The notes beneath the pieces are model-generated. The model did no database searches. It saw only the letters and a program-made list of their open reading frames with translations, and had not been told where the DNA came from. Shown here piece by piece: positions 1 to 9,465 of a stretch of 64,000 nucleotides of DNA. The translations under genes and the position numbers were made by a program. How positions within the stretch are numbered: the stretch's first letter is position 1; each line of letters starts with the position of its first letter. The stretch is from Bacteroidia bacterium (GTDB lineage: Bacteria > Bacteroidota > Bacteroidia > NS11-12g > UBA9320), in the NCBI GenBank assembly GCA_965655315.1, contig CBFHGJ010000002.1, positions 68,385 to 132,384 of the forward strand, given 5' to 3'.

Positions 1-589
1 CTAGGGTAATCGATTCTTCAAACATCGCTAAACCTTGTGCTCTATTGTCTGGAGTAAGTTTCACAATTTCATTTGCCCACTTTCCTTTTACATAACCTTC
101 TTTTCCGTGGAATTCAATACGCTTAGCGTAGCACTCAAAAACCAGATTTGAATACTCTTCAAGATTCAGTTTGTGAGCAGCAATGTTCTGCTTTACGGTA
201 TCCTTATAAGCCTTATAAGCATTTACACTACCTGGCTCAGTATTCGCTTTAAGCTCTTTTAACCTTGCTTTCTCGGCAGCAAAAATTGGTTTACGTGCAG
301 AATGTATTTCCCTAATCTTTTTCTTCACAATGTAAGGCCCTGCATAGGTAACTCTCTTCTGAATACAAGGTGCATTATCAAAAAGGTATTTCCAGTAAGG
401 GAAAGCTTCCAGATATTTTTTCTCCTGATAATACTGATTAAACAGTGATAACTGCTTTGCCGTTTCTACACTATCCTTTCCCCACTTATTTATACAAGCC
501 TCAGGGGTGTCTTTCGTATTATCATTACTTTGAGCCATTGTCAAAGTGCCGGCAAATACCATTAGTGTAAGTAATAAATACTGTTTCAT
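1..589 (-). CDS. Exported TPR-like protein (partial, runs off window start)
   Basis: Manual translation from CAT at 587-589: MKQYLLLTLMVFAGTLTMAQ...KQLSLFNQYYQEKKYLEAFPYWKYLFDNAP. Signal peptide; resembles the TPR protein usually found after coaX and the OMP in Bacteroidota. Confidence 0.7.
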   Translation of the reverse strand, partial: MKQYLLLTLMVFAGTLTMAQSNDNTKDTPEACINKWGKDSVETAKQLSLFNQYYQEKKYLEAFPYWKYLFDNAPCIQKRVTYAGPYIVKKKIREIHSARKPIFAAEKARLKELKANTEPGSVNAYKAYKDTVKQNIAAHKLNLEEYSNLVFECYAKRIEFHGKEGYVKGKWANEIVKLTPDNRAQGLAMFEESITL

Positions 590-600
590 ACTTTTAGTTA

Positions 601-1950
601 TTATCGATATTTTCTTTTTGTAAACCATTTGTCGTTTAAATTTAATCCTATTCCAAAATTTATGTAGTCTTCTTGTATAAGTCCTGAAGAGACAGTACCC
701 CTAGAGATATACTCTGCAGATAGATTGATTCTACTTACAATCGCTGTTTTCTCTCCGTCAATCCTTATAGACTTAACTACTGGTATACCCAGTCCAAAAC
801 TTATGCCAAGTTCAGTAAGTTGTGTACCGTTAAAGTTGTAATACATATCTTGGTAACTAGCTCCAATACTATATCTCACCTTTTTGAAGAACTCACCCTT
901 TTCGCCGTATATAGGTCTTGGTACAAAGCTAAAGCCAAACCCATATCTAGAATTGTTATAGAATTTCTGTCCTGACACCTTATCAGTAATCGTAGACCAA
1001 AGATTCTGCTCCATTTCTAGGGAAAGGGACCACTTTTCTCCGTTACTCACGGTATAACCAACAGTAAACCCTATTGGTTTGGTCAACGTATCCAGTTTAT
1101 CATCTTGAAATATGACCGTATCAATTACCGAATTATCAGGAATCGCTTCTAAACGCTCGTACACAGAACCTGGAAACGTAGCTGCATACCTAAACCCACT
1201 ACCTGACAGCCTATTCTCAGATTGAAAAGCACCCCCAAATGCGTGATTAATTATGGTTTGCTTAGCTGAGTTAAACCGTATAGTATCCTGTACAGCATAT
1301 TGCACACCTAGGTCAAAATCAAATCCCCTGTAAGCAAGTAATGTTCCATCAAAAAAGCTGTATCTAGATTCTGAAATAGGATAAACCTTTAATCTTTCAG
1401 TAGTAATGTTACCAAAATCATAATTTACATTTAATCCTATGTTAAAGTTCTTGAATAGCTCAAGACCATATCCAAGATATACTCTACTAATTCCTCCACT
1501 ACCATTAAATACATTGTAGTATGAAGGAGTGTCCGTGTTAAACCTATTTCTTATCTCATATCCAACATCACTTACCGCGTTGGTACCAAAGCTTACACCC
1601 ATTTTCTTTTTATCTCCAATAGGAAAAGCCATCGCGAAATAACTGAAATTACCAGAACTAATTTCAGCTTCTTGTTCGGAAGTCTTTAACCGACCTATAG
1701 AAGATTTCGCTCCAACATCAAAAATAGTGTACCTAATATTCGCTAAACTCGCAGGATTGGCCCTACTAAAAAGATTCAAACTTTGCTGAGAAACTGAGGT
1801 TCTCCCCATTGCTCGATGTTGAATAAAACCATCGTAAGTTAATTCACCTATTCCTGCTATACTATAGGGAGAAGATGTACCTACTTGTGCTGATGCGAAT
1901 GTGGAAATCAGTATCAGAAGCGTAGTCCAAACCTTGCTATTTATCTGCAT
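601..1950 (-). CDS. Outer-membrane beta-barrel protein (FadL/OmpP1-like)
   Basis: Signal peptide (ASA-Q), SPYS..GIG and NPASL motifs, alternating beta-strand pattern, C-terminal LNDKWF. Confidence 0.7.
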   Translation of the reverse strand: MQINSKVWTTLLILISTFASAQVGTSSPYSIAGIGELTYDGFIQHRAMGRTSVSQQSLNLFSRANPASLANIRYTIFDVGAKSSIGRLKTSEQEAEISSGNFSYFAMAFPIGDKKKMGVSFGTNAVSDVGYEIRNRFNTDTPSYYNVFNGSGGISRVYLGYGLELFKNFNIGLNVNYDFGNITTERLKVYPISESRYSFFDGTLLAYRGFDFDLGVQYAVQDTIRFNSAKQTIINHAFGGAFQSENRLSGSGFRYAATFPGSVYERLEAIPDNSVIDTVIFQDDKLDTLTKPIGFTVGYTVSNGEKWSLSLEMEQNLWSTITDKVSGQKFYNNSRYGFGFSFVPRPIYGEKGEFFKKVRYSIGASYQDMYYNFNGTQLTELGISFGLGIPVVKSIRIDGEKTAIVSRINLSAEYISRGTVSSGLIQEDYINFGIGLNLNDKWFTKRKYR

Positions 1951-2641
1951 TGTAATCTAAAATATGACTTAGTCCTTCTACTACTAATTTTGGGCGTGCG
2001 AATATCTCATTTTTCACCTCTTTATCAAAAAGAATATTCTGGCTACTACAGTCAACGATTTTTAGGTCTGAATACTGTTCATTCAATTGACGAATGTACC
2101 CATTTATCTCATAAATCACCGATTTGCAAACGCCAACTTGCAAGGACTCAATTGTACTTTTCCCTGGAAAACCTGTAGTGTAATTTTGATTAGCTAATGG
2201 CAACCCCGCTGTAAATTGGTTCATTGCCTTGAACCTCATTTGCACTCCAGGAGAAATGAGCCCTCCGAGAAAAACGCCATCTACCAATACATCAAGTGTA
2301 AGACATGTCCCCAAGTCTACAATGATCCAATTAGACTTTTTGTCTATGTAATGAGCTCCTACAGTCGCTGCTATTCGATCTCTCCCAAGTGTTTCAGGAG
2401 TTTTATAGTCTAGAGATATAGGTAAGGAAGTCTCGTGCGTTAACACCTCCGATAATTTCAACTCTTTTTCAAGTTTGGGGTTTGAACCCGATATAGAGGA
2501 TAAAATACTTAAATCTCTATACTTCTCTTTTAATCCTACTAAGTCCGAAACCTCAAAAGGTTTGAAATAACTTACTTCCTTTCCATTACGAAAGACTGCT
2601 GCTTTAGTAGAAGTATTCCCAATATCTATGCACAAATTCAT
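1937..2641 (-). CDS. coaX: Type III pantothenate kinase
   Basis: IDIGNT, LGRDR, VDLGTC and GGLISPG motifs; ATG at 2641 overlaps the birA stop (ATGA). Confidence 0.93.
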   Translation of the reverse strand: MNLCIDIGNTSTKAAVFRNGKEVSYFKPFEVSDLVGLKEKYRDLSILSSISGSNPKLEKELKLSEVLTHETSLPISLDYKTPETLGRDRIAATVGAHYIDKKSNWIIVDLGTCLTLDVLVDGVFLGGLISPGVQMRFKAMNQFTAGLPLANQNYTTGFPGKSTIESLQVGVCKSVIYEINGYIRQLNEQYSDLKIVDCSSQNILFDKEVKNEIFARPKLVVEGLSHILDYNADK

Positions 2642-3354
2642 ATTACCCATTTCACTCGGTGATGTTCTAACTCCACATTCCCATTACCCTTCTCTACTTC
2701 TAGATTTCCATTTTTAAGTACCTGTTTCACTGTGTATTCTTCCATACGGCCATCTATTTCAAAGGTTACACTTGAATCTTTTTTGTAAAGAATCTCATTC
2801 ATTTTCGCCAAAAAATCAGTGCCTTGTGCACCTATATTCCTATATAGCATCTTATATAATGCAACTAGAATATCCACTACTTGTTGAATGTTTCCTGTCT
2901 CTAGTAAGATAGAAGTTGCAGATAAATCCGGAAAAACCATTTGATTGATGTTCAGTCCTATACCTACTATGATTTGCTTCACCTGTTTGCCCGACCACAG
3001 TGGTTCCATAAGAATTCCTGCAATTTTATTATCTCCTACGTACAAGTCGTTTGGCCATTTTATTTTCACGTCTTTCACCCCGCATTCCGAGACAATATTC
3101 GCAATGGAACAAGCGACCACAGCACTCATGGAAGCCAAATCATCTAGCCGATACTCATCATCTACTAAATAACTCGCCATAACATTGACATATGGATCAC
3201 TTTTCCAAACCTTACCTCGTTGACCTTTACCATTAATCTGACTAGATGCAGATACACAAAATGGCCCTTTGATTGGTTTGCTTCTTACCATTCTTTTCAG
3301 GTGTTCATTAGTAGAATCTACCTCATTTATAAACTCAATATTGCAATGTTCCAA
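2638..3354 (-). CDS. birA: Biotin--[acetyl-CoA carboxylase] ligase (no HTH domain)
   Basis: DSTN, GKGQRGKVW, IKWPND, KIAGIL and GIGLNIN motifs. Confidence 0.93.
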   Translation of the reverse strand: MEHCNIEFINEVDSTNEHLKRMVRSKPIKGPFCVSASSQINGKGQRGKVWKSDPYVNVMASYLVDDEYRLDDLASMSAVVACSIANIVSECGVKDVKIKWPNDLYVGDNKIAGILMEPLWSGKQVKQIIVGIGLNINQMVFPDLSATSILLETGNIQQVVDILVALYKMLYRNIGAQGTDFLAKMNEILYKKDSSVTFEIDGRMEEYTVKQVLKNGNLEVEKGNGNVELEHHRVKWVI

Positions 3355-3410
3355 AAAGTGTCTAGTATTTTTAGGATTGGTTTACCTTCGCGACAAATTT
3401 ATCGTATTAA

Positions 3411-3782
3411 ATGGCAAAAAACACTCAGATGGCAGATGCTTTAGCAGAAGTGATAGTAAAAGGTATGCAGGAAAAAAAGGCTAGCGATGTAGTAAAAATT
3501 GATCTTTCTAAGGTTAATGAGGCTGCTGCAGACTTTTTTGTTGTTTGCCATGGTGATAGCGATAGACAAGTCAAAGCCATAGCTGATAGTGTGGAAGAAG
3601 AGACACTTAAAGCGTTAAAAGAGAAACCTTTGAGTCGAGAGGGACAAAACGAAAATAGATGGGTACTCCTAGACTATGTAAATGTTGTCGTCCATGTCTT
3701 TCAAAAAGAAGTTAGAGGTTTTTATGAAATCGAAGACCTTTGGCATGATGGCAAATTTACTAGGTACGAAGATTTGGCTTAA
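3411..3782 (+). CDS. rsfS: Ribosome silencing factor
   Basis: DFFVVCHGDSDRQVKAIA, WVLLDY..VVVHVF, FYEIEDLW motifs. Confidence 0.95.
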   Translation: MAKNTQMADALAEVIVKGMQEKKASDVVKIDLSKVNEAAADFFVVCHGDSDRQVKAIADSVEEETLKALKEKPLSREGQNENRWVLLDYVNVVVHVFQKEVRGFYEIEDLWHDGKFTRYEDLA

Positions 3783-3789
3783 GCTAAAA

Positions 3790-6700
3790 CTAGTTATACC
3801 TATAGCTTGGCCGAGCACTTCGAAGTGATTCAAATTCAGATTCATCTAAAACGTTGTATCGTTTTCTATCTTTCATTTCAAATTTTCGAATCGCTAATTC
3901 AATTTGAGTCCTTTGATCCTCATACTTACTAAAGTCTAAGTCGTCATCAAATTCATAGCTATATCGTTCTATTTCTTTTTTTGTGGTATCAATTAGCCCT
4001 AATTGACCATATTCCCAGTCTGTTTCATCTTTTGGCTTGAGTTTAAAAAAGTATAAATACCCTGTATCCTGACTGGTAGATATCCATTCTTTATGGACGA
4101 AAATCAAACTATCTCTATACTGATTTACTCGAGCTTTTTGTGCGTAAAGCGACATTGAAAGACTATCATACGTATACACATTTGGAAGTAAATCTAGCCT
4201 ATTTATTCGTTTTAACCGTTGATACAATATAATTCTATCGTTTTTGTTTTCAGCTAATGAATTCCAATAGTCTTGAGCTACAGATTCGCCTCCTTGCAGT
4301 TTTATAATCGCCAAGTCTATTATAAAAAGTGCTGAGTTTATTTTTCCTGCTTTTTGAAAAAACTCATTTGCTGTTGATTTATTCCTGTATGGCTGAAGTA
4401 ACTTAGCGTAGTACTTCAAAAGATCATTATAACTGTATAAACTCCGCCTGCTTTCTGTTTTGTAAAAATCTGCAGTTTGATCAGATTCTGTAGCCTTATG
4501 ACGCTTAACTTCATTCTGGGCTTCCCAAGCTATGTTTTTCCAATATCTCCTATACTTTCTAGGCTTAATGCTACCACTGTCAGACAGTTCAGTAAGTAAC
4601 TCATAAACTGGTTCCTTGTACTCTGGCAGCACTGCTAACTTCAATAAACTTGGATATAATCGTGCTGCTAGGTCTAATGAATCATATAAAGGTTCAAATA
4701 AATTTTTTATATCTCTGGAAATCGATGTTAATGGCGGATCGTGTAATAATAGTCTACAGTACTGGTCCAATGAACGCTTGGTATGCTGAGCTGCCAATGC
4801 TTTTAATATTGGAAGTTGAAACTGAACAGAGTCTCCAACCCTATTGTATTCTTTAAGAAGAAAAGGCGTGATTTCTGGATGTGATAATTTAGAAATAGCT
4901 TCTAGTAATGCAACTCTATCTTCCTGAGCATCGATAAACTTATTGCTTTGCTGATAGGTGAAAATTAGCTTTGGTGCATCTTCATCATCAAAAGATATGG
5001 TTTCGAAAGATCTGTGTGCAGCCTCTCTTGCTATGCTATCTTTACTTATAAGATCCGTTAGAAAGACATCTACTTTATTCCCTAGTATGGTTGTTCCGAT
5101 TGTAGTATCCCAAGGAGTAAAACTCGAATAAAACTGATTGATAAACTTACTTCTAGGCTGTTTCATATCAGTTTCAGTATATAAAGAATAAAGCAGACCG
5201 CCCTTTAAAAAGTGCTTAGCTAAAATGTTCCGATTCGTATTGGTATCGCCAACTTCTAGTTCATATGTGACGAGATTTCCTTTCACTTCTTTGTTCTCTT
5301 TTCGTACAAAAAATGTGTTTTGTAAAATCTCATCCTTGTAACCTTCTAGCAGTGAATCCAAATGCTCTTGGTAAAAATACTTGTGGTATTTATAGTATCT
5401 GACGTACACTGTTTCATCAGACTCTTTATTGTAATATACCGCAGCTTTTGTCTCCTCCTGATGTGATAAATCCTCATTGTCGTCATACTCATCATAGAAA
5501 TAATATGATTCTTTTTCTCCCGGTGGCCTCACATTTGAGTATACGGAAAACAACCGTGCTGTATCATACCGCCAAGAAAAAGGACGATAAAACTGAAATT
5601 CATTGAATTGGAGGCTGTTAAAAAAACTTGCTGCTTTGCTTGAATCATCCGTTTGTGCAGTCAATAAATAATATTGACTGCCTTTAATAATAGCCCAAAT
5701 CCAGAGCTTTTGTCTGCTTGGGTGAGTAGCTATAGCCTTCTTTCCGCTATATCCTAGTATTGTATCGTGCTCTATTTTTTGAAGCTTATAATCAAACTGC
5801 TCTGCGTAAAACTTTGTAATATGATTTAACTCAAAAGAGTCTTCTTCCATATATTCTATATCAATGTGACTCTTATTTCGGATAGAGTAATACGCATCAT
5901 TTTCAAAGCTCTGGACTGTCTTTTCCCAATACCCTCGAAAAAAGGAAGTATTCTCTCCTTCATAGATATCTATCCCTGGCAAACTAATCTTGTAGGCATT
6001 ATTTCTTGGAGAGTATTTTATCTCCTTCTCTTTGGTGTAAAATGATATCTCTTCGAAAAACTGATTTACTTCTTCTCGCTTTATAAAATCCTTTTTTCCT
6101 GAAGCTTTGAATATGATGATCTCGACAGGAGTTACAATGATCTTATACCGTTGCAGATCCCCTTTCTTTGTTCTATTCGTAATGTCAAATCCAGGAAAAC
6201 CATCAATTTGTATCTCATTTTTTAAAAGTATTTTCCCAGGAATGTTCTCAAAAAACAGACTATCCAGCTTCCGCATGTAATTTGATTTTAATTTTCCATA
6301 GAGAGATGCATAAGTATTTATTCTTGTAATGACATATCTAGCCCCGTTAGCCATATCTGGATGTGCTGCCATGCGAACTCCCCCAGATTCTGGAAATTCA
6401 TACAATCTTCCAGGAAGCATTGTACTAAAACTGCCATCAAAAGAAGTTTGTTTAGAAAAATCATGTTTTACAAAAAGCTTATCGATTCTATCTTTAGTCT
6501 CTAATGAGTAATCTGATTTTTTCGTAGAAACTGGCCTTACAGTATATCCCATTTCTCTAAGCAAATGAATTACCCCGTAGCTATTTGGTAAGTGAGCGGC
6601 TCCAATGCCTGCAAAAAGTGATTTTTCCTGCATAATAGAATCCATAGCTTCAGCCATCTTTTGATTCCTATACACTATTATTAAGTCGTGGTTTTTATCT

Positions 6701-7425
6701 GTGCCACCTAACCTACTCATTGAATCCAGGAGGTCTAGGTCCCCATTTCGATAAGCATCCTCCATCACCTCTCCATAGTTCTTCCCAGCTAGCAACTTCC
6801 GTAACTCGTACTGTTTTCTCTCCGCAATTTCTCGTAGAATTTTTTTTTGTTCTTTGTCTTTTTCAGGTTTTGCTGCTTGTTCGTTCAACAACATAGTGGT
6901 ACCCAAATTTTCTAAGCCTGTAATCTCTTTACCTTGCTTCCTTCCAGCTTGATAAATAAATAGATCAAGATACGTGTCTTCCTGAAAATCTGCAGAATAA
7001 TTACTAGTTCTATACAATAGCGAGTTTAAGATTCCCAACTCAGCACTGAGAGCGTTTCCAAGTTCTTTATTAGAAGGCTCTTCTACAGCGAAATGTGATT
7101 TATAAAAACCGCTTGACTGATCTTGACTTCGCACTGAAAATGCATTCCCCATTTTATCAGCCACATAATCTTGACTGGTCATAGTTGACATCCATGTTTC
7201 TGGATTTATTTCTAAGGATACGACATCTACAGCCTCTATTGCTTTATAGAATGAATCACTTAAATGAAATGCAACCTTATTACTGACATGCATGGTTCCA
7301 TATAAAAAGGAAGGTTTTTCAAGTCCGTTCCCCGTAATTTTCCAAAGCAGTCCTTGATAAGTTTGTGCTGACGCACTAAAAAGGCTAAAGACTAGAACTG
7401 CTAATAGAGAAAAATGGCTTCGCAT
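3790..7425 (-). CDS. Large exported TraB/PrgY/GumN-family protein with about 900-aa C-terminal extension
   Basis: LLWKITGNGL..PSFLYGTMH, GLE, RNQKM and GAAHL motifs; signal peptide. Confidence 0.8.
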   Translation of the reverse strand: MRSHFSLLAVLVFSLFSASAQTYQGLLWKITGNGLEKPSFLYGTMHVSNKVAFHLSDSFYKAIEAVDVVSLEINPETWMSTMTSQDYVADKMGNAFSVRSQDQSSGFYKSHFAVEEPSNKELGNALSAELGILNSLLYRTSNYSADFQEDTYLDLFIYQAGRKQGKEITGLENLGTTMLLNEQAAKPEKDKEQKKILREIAERKQYELRKLLAGKNYGEVMEDAYRNGDLDLLDSMSRLGGTDKNHDLIIVYRNQKMAEAMDSIMQEKSLFAGIGAAHLPNSYGVIHLLREMGYTVRPVSTKKSDYSLETKDRIDKLFVKHDFSKQTSFDGSFSTMLPGRLYEFPESGGVRMAAHPDMANGARYVITRINTYASLYGKLKSNYMRKLDSLFFENIPGKILLKNEIQIDGFPGFDITNRTKKGDLQRYKIIVTPVEIIIFKASGKKDFIKREEVNQFFEEISFYTKEKEIKYSPRNNAYKISLPGIDIYEGENTSFFRGYWEKTVQSFENDAYYSIRNKSHIDIEYMEEDSFELNHITKFYAEQFDYKLQKIEHDTILGYSGKKAIATHPSRQKLWIWAIIKGSQYYLLTAQTDDSSKAASFFNSLQFNEFQFYRPFSWRYDTARLFSVYSNVRPPGEKESYYFYDEYDDNEDLSHQEETKAAVYYNKESDETVYVRYYKYHKYFYQEHLDSLLEGYKDEILQNTFFVRKENKEVKGNLVTYELEVGDTNTNRNILAKHFLKGGLLYSLYTETDMKQPRSKFINQFYSSFTPWDTTIGTTILGNKVDVFLTDLISKDSIAREAAHRSFETISFDDEDAPKLIFTYQQSNKFIDAQEDRVALLEAISKLSHPEITPFLLKEYNRVGDSVQFQLPILKALAAQHTKRSLDQYCRLLLHDPPLTSISRDIKNLFEPLYDSLDLAARLYPSLLKLAVLPEYKEPVYELLTELSDSGSIKPRKYRRYWKNIAWEAQNEVKRHKATESDQTADFYKTESRRSLYSYNDLLKYYAKLLQPYRNKSTANEFFQKAGKINSALFIIDLAIIKLQGGESVAQDYWNSLAENKNDRIILYQRLKRINRLDLLPNVYTYDSLSMSLYAQKARVNQYRDSLIFVHKEWISTSQDTGYLYFFKLKPKDETDWEYGQLGLIDTTKKEIERYSYEFDDDLDFSKYEDQRTQIELAIRKFEMKDRKRYNVLDESEFESLRSARPSYRYN

Positions 7426-7521
7426 ATTCCCGTCAAAAATAAGCTAGTTTAAGGGATGGAATCATCTAGATAACAATTGTTTTACATCAGCGATCAACAG
7501 TCTGTATCTTGATAAGAATAA

Positions 7522-7904
7522 CTAAAGCTTAATCTTTATCGCATTACCTAAGTATGGCGGATCGGCCACCTCACTACTTCTTATGCCTTCTTCTTTCAAA
7601 ATCTTGTTTACCGCTTGACGAAGAACTCCTTCACCTTTGCCCACGATAATATAAGCAGACACAATACCGGTACGTTTTGCGTCCACTAGAAAATCATACA
7701 AAGCCTCCTTTTGGAGCTTAAGTTTTTGATTGGGTTGAATACTGGATTTTGTAGGATATAACTTTTCAAAATGTAAATCCAACTCTGCCTTACGTTTTTT
7801 GTATTCGATTTCACTGTCTCCTTTTTATCAGAAAAAGCAGATGAAAAATCGCCCATCATCATCCGTTTAAGTACAATTGGATCTATCGGCTTATCTTCGT
7901 TCAC
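7522..7904 (-). pseudogene. Small Smr/MutS2-domain protein split by a frameshift
   Basis: 3' frame has LDLH and IIVGKGEGVLR (Smr motifs); frames join at the A6 run at 7795-7800. Confidence 0.7.
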
Positions 7905-7922
7905 AAGTCAAAAGTGGTATTG

Positions 7923-9428
7923 CTAAAACTTATTAGTAAGTGTGAGCATAAGTCGCGTTCCATTAAAATCGCTTCTTACCAATGGTGATTCTAAGTTTTG
8001 TGCTTCATAAGGTACGTAAATATCTCGCTGCATATCTCTTGAAATACCTAAATCAAAAGCCCAATTGCGTTCTTGGATTCCAAATCCACCACTTATAATA
8101 TTTCTTCTATAATTATCAGAGTCAATAAATGGATTTCCTATGGAGCTATAGCCACCTCTGAACCTAAATGAATTCAATACGTACTCACCACCTATTTTAA
8201 AATTCGTAGCCGTTCCATAATTATTTACAATCTCACCATTTACATCTTCAAACAAAAAATCATCAGATGTTATGCTCATTGTGCTATAATCTGCCGTCTC
8301 TATTTCCGCTGAGACCATACCTTTCTTGCCGAAAATATAAGCACCTTGTAGACCAAATCTTGCTGGAGTAGTAATTCTATAGCTGTACTCCTTATCAATA
8401 GTTCTCAAGTCGTCTATGAAGCCGTCGTCTTGAATGACATATAACTCATCAAAGTAATTGTCCGTCAGGTTTAAGACAACTGGAGTGTGTATTGTCCCGC
8501 CGATCCTTAGATTGTCATTTGCTCGTACAATCACGCCAAGTCTTCCTCCTACTCCAACACCAGATGTTACTATATTTCTGGTAAAGCTATAACTCTCCCA
8601 GTTATTCGTTGTTAATGGGTTGTCTACTTCAGTAAACTGATTTCTCTCAGAATAATTGACTTGTTGCAAGTTTATGCTAGCTCCAAAGTACACTTTATGC
8701 TCATAATTACCTGCAAATGCCATATGGTATTCTCCTAATCCACCTTCGGATATAATTTGTCCTGCTTGCGTTAATCCTCCTGGGACAAAAGCATCATAAT
8801 TAGCGTAGTAACTCTCGCTGCTAATGGAGTCAATTAAGAAGGACTGCCAAAACATGTTCTCGAAATACAAAAAACCTTGATCTAGCTCTTCCTGAGTAGC
8901 TTCCAATTCTGAAGCATTAATACCCGCTACATAATCTGCAACGTAGTCTGTGTATGATGAAGGAGCTCCACTTCGTCTATAGGAAGTATTTCGATTAAAG
9001 TTATTTACTCTATTATATCCTAACTGAAAATTGGTATTTACCCATCCAGTTTTAACAGGATTACCTTTTATCGTTTTCCTATTTGTCCATACTGCATTTA
9101 TACTTGGCAACTCAAACCTGAAATTATTATTTATTGAAGACGCCCCGTCTGTAAATCTCGCCGTGTTCTTCAAGGAATTGGTAGCTAAAGAGATATTAAA
9201 TGAATTTGTCTTGAACTGTGCCAGTCCAGCAGGGTTACTAAGTACCACTGCCTGATCGGCTCCAACAGCTCCAATAGCTCCCCCCAAACCTAAGCTTCGA
9301 GCTGTAGTTCCGTTACCTGGAATCAATGAATATCTGAGTGCATCAACATCACTTTGAGCAGTTGCCGTAGCAACGCCAAGGCTTAAAAAAGCCCATACCA
9401 ATCCTATATTTCTAATAATTTTTTTCAT
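7923..9428 (-). CDS. Outer-membrane FadL/OmpP1-family barrel
   Basis: DALRYS..GTTARSLGLGGA.GA.G.D...NPAGLA motif, signal peptide, terminal Phe. Confidence 0.8.
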   Translation of the reverse strand: MKKIIRNIGLVWAFLSLGVATATAQSDVDALRYSLIPGNGTTARSLGLGGAIGAVGADQAVVLSNPAGLAQFKTNSFNISLATNSLKNTARFTDGASSINNNFRFELPSINAVWTNRKTIKGNPVKTGWVNTNFQLGYNRVNNFNRNTSYRRSGAPSSYTDYVADYVAGINASELEATQEELDQGFLYFENMFWQSFLIDSISSESYYANYDAFVPGGLTQAGQIISEGGLGEYHMAFAGNYEHKVYFGASINLQQVNYSERNQFTEVDNPLTTNNWESYSFTRNIVTSGVGVGGRLGVIVRANDNLRIGGTIHTPVVLNLTDNYFDELYVIQDDGFIDDLRTIDKEYSYRITTPARFGLQGAYIFGKKGMVSAEIETADYSTMSITSDDFLFEDVNGEIVNNYGTATNFKIGGEYVLNSFRFRGGYSSIGNPFIDSDNYRRNIISGGFGIQERNWAFDLGISRDMQRDIYVPYEAQNLESPLVRSDFNGTRLMLTLTNKF

Positions 9429-9465
9429 TTTGATTACTTAATTTAACTGTTAACTATAAGGACAA

